Shown here: positions 9,030-16,991 of the stretch, piece by piece | How the letters are laid out: the number at the start of each line of letters is the position of its first letter | How positions within the stretch are numbered: position 1 is the first letter of the stretch | Assembly: GCF_000698785.1 (NCBI RefSeq) | Contig: NZ_CP007536.1 | Coordinates: 240,001-272,000 of the forward strand | Direction of reading: 5' to 3' | Source: Nitrososphaera viennensis EN76 | Lineage (GTDB): Archaea > Thermoproteota > Nitrososphaeria > Nitrososphaerales > Nitrososphaeraceae | DNA: 32,000 bases | Made by a program: the position numbers and the translations under genes | Notes under the pieces: model-generated | What the model saw: the letters and a program-made list of their open reading frames with translations, nothing else | What the model was told of the DNA's origin: nothing | Database searches by the model: none

Positions 9030-9342
9030 TGGTGAACGAGCGGATTGCGGCAAGCACACTTTCGCTCAGTTTCACCGTGTACGCGGCCGCGTCGTCCGAG
9101 GACATTTTCGACAGCTCCTCAAGAAACTGCGCCTTGTCTTTTCCACGCTCGTACATGCCGCCAGATTCCTTGATGCACAGCGGGAACTTTTGCATTTTTA
9201 TGCCGTTGGCGTTCAGGTGCTGGATGAACCTGCGGTACGCGCCCGTGTCGTACCAGTCGCGCTTTTGCTCCTCGCAGTACGCTATCCAGACGTCTATGGT
9301 GTTCTGGAAAAATGCCTTGTTGCGCAGCTCTTCTAGTGTCAT
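9016..9342 (-). CDS. hypothetical protein
   Basis: 108-aa ORF with protein-like composition and no motif I recognise. Confidence 0.5.
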   Translation of the reverse strand: MTLEELRNKAFFQNTIDVWIAYCEEQKRDWYDTGAYRRFIQHLNANGIKMQKFPLCIKESGGMYERGKDKAQFLEELSKMSSDDAAAYTVKLSESVLAAIRSFTIAAA

Positions 9343-9351
9343 ATCTGTTGT

Positions 9352-9663
9352 TTAAAAGTCGGCCCTTCTCATCTTGGAGCCGCAGCGCGGGCATGCTCCG
9401 CCCTTGAACTTGTGGCCGCATGCGATGCAGACGTAGCTGATTCCCCCGCCGCCTCCAAGCATGCCTCCAAAGCCTCCGCCCTGGCCTCCCATGCCCATGC
9501 GGGCCATCTGGCGCCTGCGGATAAAGTATGACATGGCAAGGAACACGCCGATTATCGGGATTATCGTGAGCCATCCGAGGTACGGGCCCAGCAGGAAATT
9601 GAGCGCGATGCTGATGCCAAGGGACACCATTATCCACATCATCGTCTGGGCCATCCAGTTCAT
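9352..9663 (-). CDS. membrane protein with Gly-rich linker and C-terminal zinc ribbon
   Basis: Two hydrophobic helices (MMWIMVSLGISIALNFLL, LTIIPIIGVFLAMSYFI), a GMGGQGGGFGGMLGGGGG linker, then CIACGHKFKGGACPRCG (CxxC..CxxC). Confidence 0.6.
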   Translation of the reverse strand: MNWMAQTMMWIMVSLGISIALNFLLGPYLGWLTIIPIIGVFLAMSYFIRRRQMARMGMGGQGGGFGGMLGGGGGISYVCIACGHKFKGGACPRCGSKMRRADF

Positions 9664-9861
9664 AAGCCATGGATACTTGAACTGTTTCTTTTATTAAGTT
9701 TTCCGAGCTGGTGTTTGCTGGCAATAAAACTTGTTGCCAGATGCGACTGTGGGAAAGGCGTGATTTGCCCAGATGGTGAATGATAGTTATAGAACACGCG
9801 GAGCGGGCATGACAACAACAGAGCTTAAAAACATGTCCATATAACTACTACTGTTACTGGC

Positions 9862-10080
9862 ATGCCCAAGGCGCAGCCGTCGGTTTTCATACTGTGCGAG
9901 GCCTGCCGCTGGTGCGCCACTTATACAGACAAGTCCAGGGCGGGCGACAGGTGCGCCACGTGCTCCGGCTCGGTGCTTTCCAGCTTTCCGATAATGCCCG
10001 ACGAAGCGTTCACCTTCAGCTATGACGAAAAGCGCGGGGTGGAGCTGGACTTTTTCAGGCGCGCCTCACCTAAAGCCTGA
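9862..10080 (+). CDS. small zinc-ribbon protein
   Basis: 72 aa with CEACRWC....CATCSG (CxxC-x16-CxxC). Confidence 0.45.
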   Translation: MPKAQPSVFILCEACRWCATYTDKSRAGDRCATCSGSVLSSFPIMPDEAFTFSYDEKRGVELDFFRRASPKA

Positions 10081-10239
10081 CTGGATGCCCTGGTACGCAA
10101 GCCACGTCAGGTACGGGTCGCCGTACGCGTAAATTTTCCTTTTACGGCTGTGGACCTTTTTGTGGTTTTCAAGGCGCTGTTTATTGGCAAGTTCCGCGCC
10201 GCAAACCCTGCACCTGAACGACGATGTCTTGATGTCCAT
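10066..10239 (-). CDS. small classical C2H2 zinc-finger protein (57 aa)
   Basis: Hand translation, below the ORF-track cutoff: MDIKTSSFRCRVCGAELANKQRLENHKKVHSRKRKIYAYGDPYLTWLAYQGIQSGFR. The spacing is exactly C-x2-C-x12-H-x3-H. ATG at 10239, TGA at 10066-10068. Confidence 0.55.
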   Translation of the reverse strand: MDIKTSSFRCRVCGAELANKQRLENHKKVHSRKRKIYAYGDPYLTWLAYQGIQSGFR

Positions 10240-10339
10240 ATGCTAGGACTTACTTTGTTTGATATAAACAGCAACATCCAGTTAATTCATTAAAGCAAGC
10301 AGGCCGTTCCACTGGAAGCACGCCCCTCCCTCTTTCTAC

Positions 10340-10798
10340 TTAATCGACGATCCTGATCTCCATCTTTTTGCCGGACCTTTCGTACGCGGCTATGGTCTCG
10401 TACTCGTACGGAAAGTGAATTATCACAGACACAAAGCCGAAAAAGTGGTTAAGATCCTCAAGCGACGGCCTGTTTGACGGGCCGGGGTGCGAGTGCGCGG
10501 TGCCGATGTACGAGTTGTCAAACGGCAGGTCGTACAGCGAAAACCCCGAGTAGAACGGGCCGTTTGACGAAAACGGCGGGATTACGAGGCCGTCTATCGT
10601 TATCTCGTTTCCCTTCTTTTTCCCCTGCAAGATGAGTATCGCCTCGTTTGGGTGGTACGTCTTGGAAAACGTGATGATGCCGTCTGCGGCCTGGCGCGTG
10701 AGCAGGACTATTTTCTTCTCCTCTTTCTTCTCCTGCTCGGCCTTTTTGAACACGGTATTTTTTGTCGGCGTGCTTATTTTAAGATTGATTGATTGCAA
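10340..10798 (-). CDS. JAB1/MPN/Mov34 (JAMM) metalloprotease-domain protein
   Basis: EAILILQG (Glu) followed by AHSHPGPSNRPSLEDL, which is the JAMM motif H-x-H-x7-S-x2-D. The TTG start at 10798 abuts the IS target duplication, so the start is uncertain. Confidence 0.75.
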   Translation of the reverse strand: MQSINLKISTPTKNTVFKKAEQEKKEEKKIVLLTRQAADGIITFSKTYHPNEAILILQGKKKGNEITIDGLVIPPFSSNGPFYSGFSLYDLPFDNSYIGTAHSHPGPSNRPSLEDLNHFFGFVSVIIHFPYEYETIAAYERSGKKMEIRIVD

Positions 10799-10799
10799 C

Positions 10800-11504
10800 G
10801 GCTCTGTTAACTTAGGGTAATCTGTATAGCTAGGACTGTCCTAGCTTTTCATTGGCATGAGAAAGAGGACAGACCCAGCTATAATCAGATATGCACTGTA
10901 CCTGTATTTTAATTCTAGGAGCTTTCGGCTGGCAGCCAGATCGCTATCACCAATAAAGAGAAGGAGCCACGTTGCTGTATGGAAATGGGTACAGAAATAT
11001 TCCAGCCTTGCAGACAGGTTCCGGACAGACAGACGCCTTGTCAGGGCAATATTTGTTGACGAAACACTATTGCAGATAGATGGGCATGACTATTGGCTAT
11101 GGATAGCGTACGAACCAACTATTGGCACATGCTTGATGATGCATCTGTCTCGTGAGAGGACCATTTTCGTATGTTACCAGTTCTTCAAGCAGTTGCAAAG
11201 GAGGTATGGAAGGAGGCCGATATTCACAGACGGTGCTCAGTGGTACAATGATGCTTGCAGGTGGCTCAGATTACGCCATTATGTGTACGGTACAGAATTG
11301 AAGAATTTGATGGAGCGGTTTATACAGCATATCAAGGACAGGACGGAGTGTTTTGACGACCACTTTCCATGCAGGAAGGAGAATTGTGACAGACAGCATG
11401 TCTGGAACTGGTTCAAATTATTTTTACTGTACCTGCATATGGGCGCAGACATGATACGGTTTATGACATTCCTGGCCAAGGATGGTGGCTAAGTTAACGG
11501 AGCC
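10800..11504 (+). mobile_element. IS6-family insertion sequence, apparently intact
   Basis: Terminal inverted repeats GGCTCTGTTAACTTAG (10800-10815) and the reverse complement of 11489-11504 (GGCTCCGTTAACTTAG) match 15/16. They resemble the IS26-type end GGCACTGTTGCAAA. TTGCAAC is duplicated directly outside both ends (10793-10799 and 11505-11511). Single DDE transposase ORF, with its stop inside the right IR. Size 705 bp. Confidence 0.85.
10857..11492 (+). CDS. IS6-family DDE transposase
   Basis: 211 aa. FVDETLLQIDG (D), IFTDGAQWYNDA (D), NLMERFIQHIKDR (E), with an N-terminal HTH-like segment. Confidence 0.85.
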   Translation: MRKRTDPAIIRYALYLYFNSRSFRLAARSLSPIKRRSHVAVWKWVQKYSSLADRFRTDRRLVRAIFVDETLLQIDGHDYWLWIAYEPTIGTCLMMHLSRERTIFVCYQFFKQLQRRYGRRPIFTDGAQWYNDACRWLRLRHYVYGTELKNLMERFIQHIKDRTECFDDHFPCRKENCDRQHVWNWFKLFLLYLHMGADMIRFMTFLAKDGG

Positions 11505-11569
11505 TTGCAACTGGCAGAATGGATAATAACCAGAACATGCATAGGAGAGCTGAACGGTGACGTCGGGAA

Positions 11570-11902
11570 ATGCTGCTGAAACGGGAAGATGAAAAGATAA
11601 TCATACGGCGCGGCATGGTTGGCAACGACATGGACGGGACGCCGCTTTTGATAAACGGCCGGGGCGAGGCCTACCGCGTAAACGACACTGCTGTTTCCCT
11701 GTGGAACATGTGCAACGGCATCACTTTTGAAGACCTTTACCTCGAAGTCCTCCGCATTTCTTCCGGCGACGAAGACGACGTCCGCAAGTCGCTGGAAAAG
11801 ATGGTCAAGCAGTTCCACAAGATATCTGTGGTCGAGATGAAGGAGATGGGGAGAGGAAACGGGGGACCTAGCGCTGACCGCAGACCTGGAATGCAAACAT
11901 GA
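11570..11902 (+). CDS. PqqD-family (RiPP-recognition-element-like) small protein
   Basis: LLINGRGEAYRVNDTAVSLWNMCNGITFEDLYLEVL...DEDDVRKSLEKMVKQFHKISVVE follows the PqqD pattern (x-LN-x-tA-x-iW-x-cDG-x-t-x-eL ... Dv-x-fL-x-L). The tail overlaps the convergent next gene by 35 nt. Confidence 0.55.
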   Translation: MLLKREDEKIIIRRGMVGNDMDGTPLLINGRGEAYRVNDTAVSLWNMCNGITFEDLYLEVLRISSGDEDDVRKSLEKMVKQFHKISVVEMKEMGRGNGGPSADRRPGMQT

Positions 11903-12341
11903 AGTAGCCTGCTACCCTGCCGTTTCTGCGGTACGGGTAAAAGTTGCCCCACTCTTTTGGCATCATCTCGTGCTTTAACGCCTTTGCCTCTTCCTTTGTC
12001 ATCGGTATCTTGGCCAGGCGCTCGCCCAGCATTGCAGACCATGGGAGCTGCGGGAGCGAGTCGCGCTTGTTCACTATCATGGCCACGACGCGGTTTGGGT
12101 TCTCCTTGTCGAGTACTGCCGAGTACGTGCAGTCGTCGCTATCGCCAAACGGGTCGACGACCGTGAACGGGTCGATGGCGACGTACTCCCTCATCCTGTC
12201 GCGCAGCGCGTCTGAAAGACCCGACGCGATTGCAAGATCGGAAATAGTCAGTCTCCTGACTTCCTCTGTTGAAGGTAGCCTGATGGATGTCGCCAACACG
12301 CCTGCTATTCTATGCGCCTGATTATATAATTTTAATTCCAC
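11868..12341 (-). CDS. hypothetical protein (157 aa)
   Basis: Long ORF with protein-like composition. The segment TISDLAIASGLSDALRDRM is possibly HTH-like. No family recognised. Confidence 0.5.
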   Translation of the reverse strand: MELKLYNQAHRIAGVLATSIRLPSTEEVRRLTISDLAIASGLSDALRDRMREYVAIDPFTVVDPFGDSDDCTYSAVLDKENPNRVVAMIVNKRDSLPQLPWSAMLGERLAKIPMTKEEAKALKHEMMPKEWGNFYPYRRNGRVAGYFMFAFQVCGQR

Positions 12342-12391
12342 TTTTTTCAGACCTACAAAGGCATAAATTGCAACGCCCTTGCAGGAAGGGT

Positions 12392-12517
12392 GCTGAGGTA
12401 CCCAAGCTAGGTAAGTCGTCCTAGACCCTGAACGGGGTCAGCCTCGAGATCATACACACACTTGACGTGCTAGCTGATGTCCTTCGGGACTCGTGGGTTC
12501 GAGTCCCACCCTCAGCG
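12392..12517 (+). tRNA. tRNA-Ser(CGA) with two introns
   Basis: Acceptor GCTGAGG/CCTCAGC, T-arm GTGGG-TTCGAGT-CCCAC, long variable arm GTCC-TTCG-GGAC, anticodon stem TCAGC (12438-42)/GCTGA (12473-77), loop CTCGAG..A giving anticodon CGA. About 23 nt are inserted at position 37/38 (12449/50-12471/72). The D region is ~18 nt too long (about 12415-12432) and has a CTAGG/CCTAG exon-intron helix. 126 - 23 - 18 = 85 nt, the size of a type II tRNA. A TATA-like TTATATAATTTTAA lies upstream. Confidence 0.75.
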
Positions 12518-12848
12518 CTCTACTCTTTCTTGCGTGTATGTGTATCCTAACGGCAAGGCGCAAATCAAGCGCTGAAAGGGAGAGATCGACGCTGCTGTCG
12601 GCCAGGATGATTATTATTTTGCGTGCCAGAGTGAGTGAATTGTTCTCTTTTCAAGGAACTGTGCAAGGTTTGGTCATTTAACTGCGGTTAGTTGCCTGCA
12701 AATTTGCCGCTACTGGCTTTTTTCTCCATAAAACAATCAAAAATGAATAACATAATGACCCCTGTACGTATATACAAAACTCTTATAGAATTGTTATATG
12801 GTATTTACGCATCTTCTGTACGGTCGCGACAGAACCCGCGCCTGCGTC

Positions 12849-15587
12849 ATGAAAAAAACTGCCCCCGCGGCAACACTAGCCGCCTTGGTGCTTGTTTTAA
12901 ACATCCTGGTTTCTGTTCCCGCTGCTAATTCTGCCCGCGCGGCTACCATTCCCGGCGCGTGCAACTGCGTCATATTTAGGCTTGACGACGTCCAGGATTT
13001 CTGGCTCAACACGGTCCAGGTTGCAGTCATGGATCGTTTCATTGACAGGAATGAAAAACTAAACATTGGAGCAGTGATGAACTTTATCGGAAACGACTCG
13101 TCTGTAGTAAACAAGGTAAGGGCAGGTCTTTTATCCGGGCAGTTCGAGCTTGCAAGCCACGCGTGGGACCACGTCGACTACACGACCCTGAGCCCCCAGG
13201 AGCAGCACGACACGCTGCAGCGGGCCAACCAAAAGATGGTCGCGCTCTGGGGAACCAGTGCGATGGTCTTTATACCGCCGTACAACATCTACAACAACGC
13301 TACCCTCACCGCGCTCCAAAGCCTTGACATGAAGATGATAAGCGCCGAGTTTGACCAGGAGCTTTTGAGCATATACAACCCTGACGAGCCGGACAGCCCG
13401 GACAACAAGGTCTACAAGGCAATACCTGGTTCTGACATCGCAGACTCGTTTGGCATATACCACCTTCCAGAAGTAATCGGCTTTTACACTTACGAGGATA
13501 CCATGCCTGCCAAGAACCCTGTAAACACAATCGCGGACAGAATTAACGCCACCATCGCTTCGTACGGGTATGCCGTGGTGACCCTGCACCCCCAAGACTT
13601 TGCCGTCAAGTCAAACGGGGTTCCTGTCAACCCTGCTCAAGTTAACAGCGCCGAAATAGCCGATCTGGACACGCTCATTGACAACATTCACGCGCAAGGT
13701 TACGTGATAAAGAGCTACTCTGAAGTTACAAACGTTCCGCCGCCTACCATAACTGATATCACTCCGCCTGAATTTACACCTCCTATAGATTTACCTGTGG
13801 TTTCATCGAGCCAGCTTACCATTATCAACGATCTTGGACCTTACTCGGTGTTAGACAATGTTGACCCTGATCCAGAAGTTACCAACGACGCACCTCCGGC
13901 GGGATTTCCACAAGGAATTACCAAAGTGACTTGGAAGGCGACTGATGAGTCAAATAATTTTGTTCAAAAAATACAGTATGTCACAGTCCAGGCAAATGCA
14001 GACACTGTCAGGCCCACAGTTGCTATTACCGAGCCGCAAAATAACAGCCACAAGGGCGGACCTACAGCCGGGGTAAACATAATGGTGACGGGAAAAGCCT
14101 CGGACAGTCAAACTGGAATAAAAAAAGTTGAGGTAAGGACCAATGGTACCGCCTACAAGCCAGCCGCTCCTGGTTCTGATGGAAATTGGACCAGCTGGTC
14201 TTTTAGCCTGCCCATCAGCAAATCAGGCGTCTACAACGTTACTGCCAAAGCTGAAGACTTTTGGGGGCTAAATCAATGGGCTTATTCTCTTGTCACGGTA
14301 ACCCTTGGCGCTAATGTTGATGTGGATGCCCCTCAAATAACCGCGCCGCCGCCTTTTACAAAGGAAGCGACGGGCATACTGACCCCTGTTTCACGTGCGG
14401 AACTTACAGAGCCCGAAGTGCATGATAATGTTGATCTCGATCCAACTGTAACCAACAATGCTCCCGGCGGCGCAGAAGGTTCTGGCTTTACTGTAGGGAC
14501 CCACATCGTTACATGGAGGGCAGAAGATGATGCTGGAAATGTTGCAACTGCAAACCAGACAGTCACCATAACTGCCGCCTCTCCAGTACTGCCCAAGCCA
14601 AAAGCTGGAGCATACAACGCCCCGCAATCAGTCACCCTGACGCCGCTGCTGGCCAACTCGACAATCCACTACACCACAGACGGCTCGACGCCTACGGCAA
14701 ACAGTACCACGTACACCGGGCCAATACAGATATCCAAAAGCACTGACTTGAAGCTCATTGCAGTGGACTTGCAAGGCGACGCTGGCAACGTCACGACCCT
14801 GTCGTATGTCATTGACACTACGGCCCCGACAGTCACAGCTTCGCCTGCAGGCGGCACGTACAGTACGGCCCAATCTGTTGTTCTTGCGCCAAGCGAATCC
14901 AACAGTACAAAGATCTACTACACCACCGACGGCTCGACGCCCACAACGTCCAGTACCGAGTACGTTACCTCAATAGCTATAGCATCTACCACGACGCTCA
15001 AGTTCGTCGCCAAGGATAGCGTTGGCAACCTTGGCCCCGTCGGCACCGAGAACTATGTCATCAACGTCGTTAGCAGCGGAAGCGGCGGTGGAGGAGGAGG
15101 CGGTGGTGGCGGCGGAGTAGGCTCTGGCGGCAGCATGACTGTCGGAGGCGAGGTCTTTACCTACCCGGACTCGCACTTTGTGACGCACCAGCTGGACAAG
15201 ATCAAGTTCGTCAGCTTTGGAGTCGTGAGCCCGCAGAACAGTAACGTCGTACTCACTACTGCCGCACCCGGACAGCAGGTAAGCATATCTGCCACGTTCA
15301 AGAACTACCAGAACAAGCCGCAGAATTACGTCTACATAACCCAGGTTGAAAAGAACGGGATCACCTTCCGCATCGACTGGCAGGCCGGCGCCGTAAACAC
15401 TGGACAGACAGAGACTGTGTCAAGGTCATGGACGACACCCGTAGAGCCTGGCAACTATGCAATCAAGCTCTTTGTATGGGACAAGCTGAGCGGGTCTCCT
15501 GCCGCGCTGTCTGAAGTGGGAACGTCTAGGATCTCTGTGACAGAACCTGCTAACACCGCGGAAGTAGCGGTGCCGCCGCAATCATAG
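12849..15587 (+). CDS. large secreted multidomain surface protein: polysaccharide-deacetylase-like N-domain, HYR-like/Ig-like repeats, two chitobiase-C/Fn3-associated-type repeats, poly-Gly linker, CARDB-like C-terminal domain
   Basis: Signal peptide MKKTAPAATLAALVLVLNILVSVPAANSARA (start moved to ATG 12849). FRLDDVQDFW...ASHAWDH is deacetylase-like. Two DNVD(P/L)DP(E/T)VTN..G(I/T)..VTW.A.D..N segments are HYR-like. Two IHYTTDGSTPT / IYYTTDGSTPT repeats. G11 run, then a C-terminal beta-sandwich-like domain. Confidence 0.75.
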   Translation: MKKTAPAATLAALVLVLNILVSVPAANSARAATIPGACNCVIFRLDDVQDFWLNTVQVAVMDRFIDRNEKLNIGAVMNFIGNDSSVVNKVRAGLLSGQFELASHAWDHVDYTTLSPQEQHDTLQRANQKMVALWGTSAMVFIPPYNIYNNATLTALQSLDMKMISAEFDQELLSIYNPDEPDSPDNKVYKAIPGSDIADSFGIYHLPEVIGFYTYEDTMPAKNPVNTIADRINATIASYGYAVVTLHPQDFAVKSNGVPVNPAQVNSAEIADLDTLIDNIHAQGYVIKSYSEVTNVPPPTITDITPPEFTPPIDLPVVSSSQLTIINDLGPYSVLDNVDPDPEVTNDAPPAGFPQGITKVTWKATDESNNFVQKIQYVTVQANADTVRPTVAITEPQNNSHKGGPTAGVNIMVTGKASDSQTGIKKVEVRTNGTAYKPAAPGSDGNWTSWSFSLPISKSGVYNVTAKAEDFWGLNQWAYSLVTVTLGANVDVDAPQITAPPPFTKEATGILTPVSRAELTEPEVHDNVDLDPTVTNNAPGGAEGSGFTVGTHIVTWRAEDDAGNVATANQTVTITAASPVLPKPKAGAYNAPQSVTLTPLLANSTIHYTTDGSTPTANSTTYTGPIQISKSTDLKLIAVDLQGDAGNVTTLSYVIDTTAPTVTASPAGGTYSTAQSVVLAPSESNSTKIYYTTDGSTPTTSSTEYVTSIAIASTTTLKFVAKDSVGNLGPVGTENYVINVVSSGSGGGGGGGGGGGVGSGGSMTVGGEVFTYPDSHFVTHQLDKIKFVSFGVVSPQNSNVVLTTAAPGQQVSISATFKNYQNKPQNYVYITQVEKNGITFRIDWQAGAVNTGQTETVSRSWTTPVEPGNYAIKLFVWDKLSGSPAALSEVGTSRISVTEPANTAEVAVPPQS

Positions 15588-15588
15588 G

Positions 15589-15606
15589 AGAGAGTGAAAA
15601 CTCTCT
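15589..15606 (+). terminator. stem-loop immediately after the surface-protein stop
   Basis: AGAGAGT-GAAA-ACTCTCT (7-bp stem, GAAA loop) begins 2 nt after TAG 15585-15587. Confidence 0.45.
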
Positions 15607-15800
15607 GGAAAGAGACTATATGCGGCAAGCTGTGCTCTACCCTGCTGCATCATGCGATGTATGGTTGCAACAACTTGATGCGGCAAGGCACACCGGAAAA
15701 ATGAATATCTCTAGGGCTCTGCTGCCGTGACCGCAGCTAGAGTGTCATCATCCATATGGAACACACACCCTCCCAAATACTGCAACAAGAGGTTCAAGCC

Positions 15801-15835
15801 CCGCCCACCCGCTGCGGCGGTTTTTTTTTCTTTTT
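15801..15835 (+). terminator. hairpin plus T9/T5 tract
   Basis: CCGCC..(10 nt)..GGCGG followed by TTTTTTTTTCTTTTT. Oligo-T is the archaeal termination signal. It lies between the convergent surface-protein and phaC genes. Confidence 0.4.
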
Positions 15836-15845
15836 CTTGCAGCTA

Positions 15846-16991
15846 CTATTGGGACCTTGCCTTGAGCCACTGTCCCACTTTGGGGAGCACGTTGTTCTGC
15901 GAGTACGAGCTGGCGATGAGCCCGACGTGGCCTGTGTGGAAGCGCATGAGGCGCTTGTCTGTGCTTGACACCATGTCGTTGAGCGGCACGCTGCACTCTG
16001 GCGAAACAAGGTGATCCTCGTCGGCGACGAGGTTGAGCAGGGGCACAGTTATCTTTGACAGATCGACAACGAGGTCGCCGAGGTAGAACTCGTTTTTGGC
16101 GAGCAGGTTGTCCTGGTAAATGTCAGATATCCACTCCCTGAACGTCGCGCCGGCTATCGGAGGGGTGTCGTACAGCCACTTTTCTATGCGCAGGAAATTG
16201 CCGACAAACGGCTCGTTGTCGATGTTCTGCACTAGGTTAAAGTACTTGGCGACTCCCTGCTTGAACGGCTTGAGCGCAGAATAGCATGCAAACAGCTGCT
16301 CTGGCGGCAGGTTGCCTATCGTGTCGACCATCTTGGCAACGTCCATGTGCTTGGCCATGTTGCCGATGACTGTCGAGTCTTTTTCAGTGTCAATGACAGG
16401 GGCAATTACTGCCAGGTTGCGCACCTTTTCTTGGTGCAGGGCGGTGTACATTATGGACATTGACGCGCCCATGCAGTAGCCGTGCAGCGTCAGCTTGTCA
16501 GCCTTGCTCTTTTTCAGCACGGTATCGACGCAGTCGCTGATATAGCCGTTGACATAGTCGTCAAACGTCAGGTACTTGTCCACGGTTGACGGGTCCTTCC
16601 AGTCAATAAGGTAGACGTCAAAGCCCTGAGTCAGCAGGCTCCTTATCCAGCTCTTGTCCGGCTGGAGGTCAAGCACATACGACTTGTTGATGAGCGCATA
16701 AACTGTCAGAATGGGCGTCTTGAAGGTCTTGCTCACAAGCGGCTGGTAGTGCAAAAGCCGGTATGCCCTTGTCTCTACCAGCACTTCATGCGGCGTCTGG
16801 CCGACTTCGACCCTTCCTGCGGTATGCAGGATTTCCCTTGTCTTTTCAATCTTGCGAAGGTTCTCCTGCGCCTCTTTTGCCAGGTCTTCTGCCGGCTTTA
16901 TCGCCAGCTCTGTTGTTGCAGCGGCAGGCGATCGTGGCTGCTGCTGTTTTTGCTGCTCCGGCTTGTCTGGAAGCGTTTCTTGCTGTGTCAT
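15846..16991 (-). CDS. phaC: class III poly(3-hydroxyalkanoate) synthase, PhaC subunit
   Basis: 381 aa alpha/beta hydrolase with lipase-box-like GYCMGA (Cys nucleophile), a VADEDHLV Asp region and HTGHVG His. Class III size, with a 4-nt overlap to the upstream phaE. Confidence 0.88.
   Translation of the reverse strand: MTQQETLPDKPEQQKQQQPRSPAAATTELAIKPAEDLAKEAQENLRKIEKTREILHTAGRVEVGQTPHEVLVETRAYRLLHYQPLVSKTFKTPILTVYALINKSYVLDLQPDKSWIRSLLTQGFDVYLIDWKDPSTVDKYLTFDDYVNGYISDCVDTVLKKSKADKLTLHGYCMGASMSIMYTALHQEKVRNLAVIAPVIDTEKDSTVIGNMAKHMDVAKMVDTIGNLPPEQLFACYSALKPFKQGVAKYFNLVQNIDNEPFVGNFLRIEKWLYDTPPIAGATFREWISDIYQDNLLAKNEFYLGDLVVDLSKITVPLLNLVADEDHLVSPECSVPLNDMVSSTDKRLMRFHTGHVGLIASSYSQNNVLPKVGQWLKARSQ

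Noticed and set aside
9119-9724. 201-aa minus-strand ORF spanning two smaller genes
   Set aside because: It has Arg/His/Pro-rich, non-protein-like composition and is out of frame over two ORFs with credible features (the zinc-ribbon membrane protein and the 108-aa protein). This is typical of a spurious frame in G+C-rich DNA.
11489-12042. Minus-strand ORFs 11489..11896 and 11737..12042
   Set aside because: They are antisense or out of frame to the PqqD-like gene and the 157-aa gene. The first reads into the IS terminal repeat, so it cannot predate the insertion.
15075-15120. GGN-rich tract (GGCGGTGGAGGAGGAGGCGGTGGTGGCGGCGGA), considered as a microsatellite or slippage hotspot
   Set aside because: It is in frame and encodes a G11 inter-domain linker of the surface protein. 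The codons are mixed (GGC/GGT/GGA), so it is not a pure repeat. It remains a possible length-variable site, but nothing more can be said.
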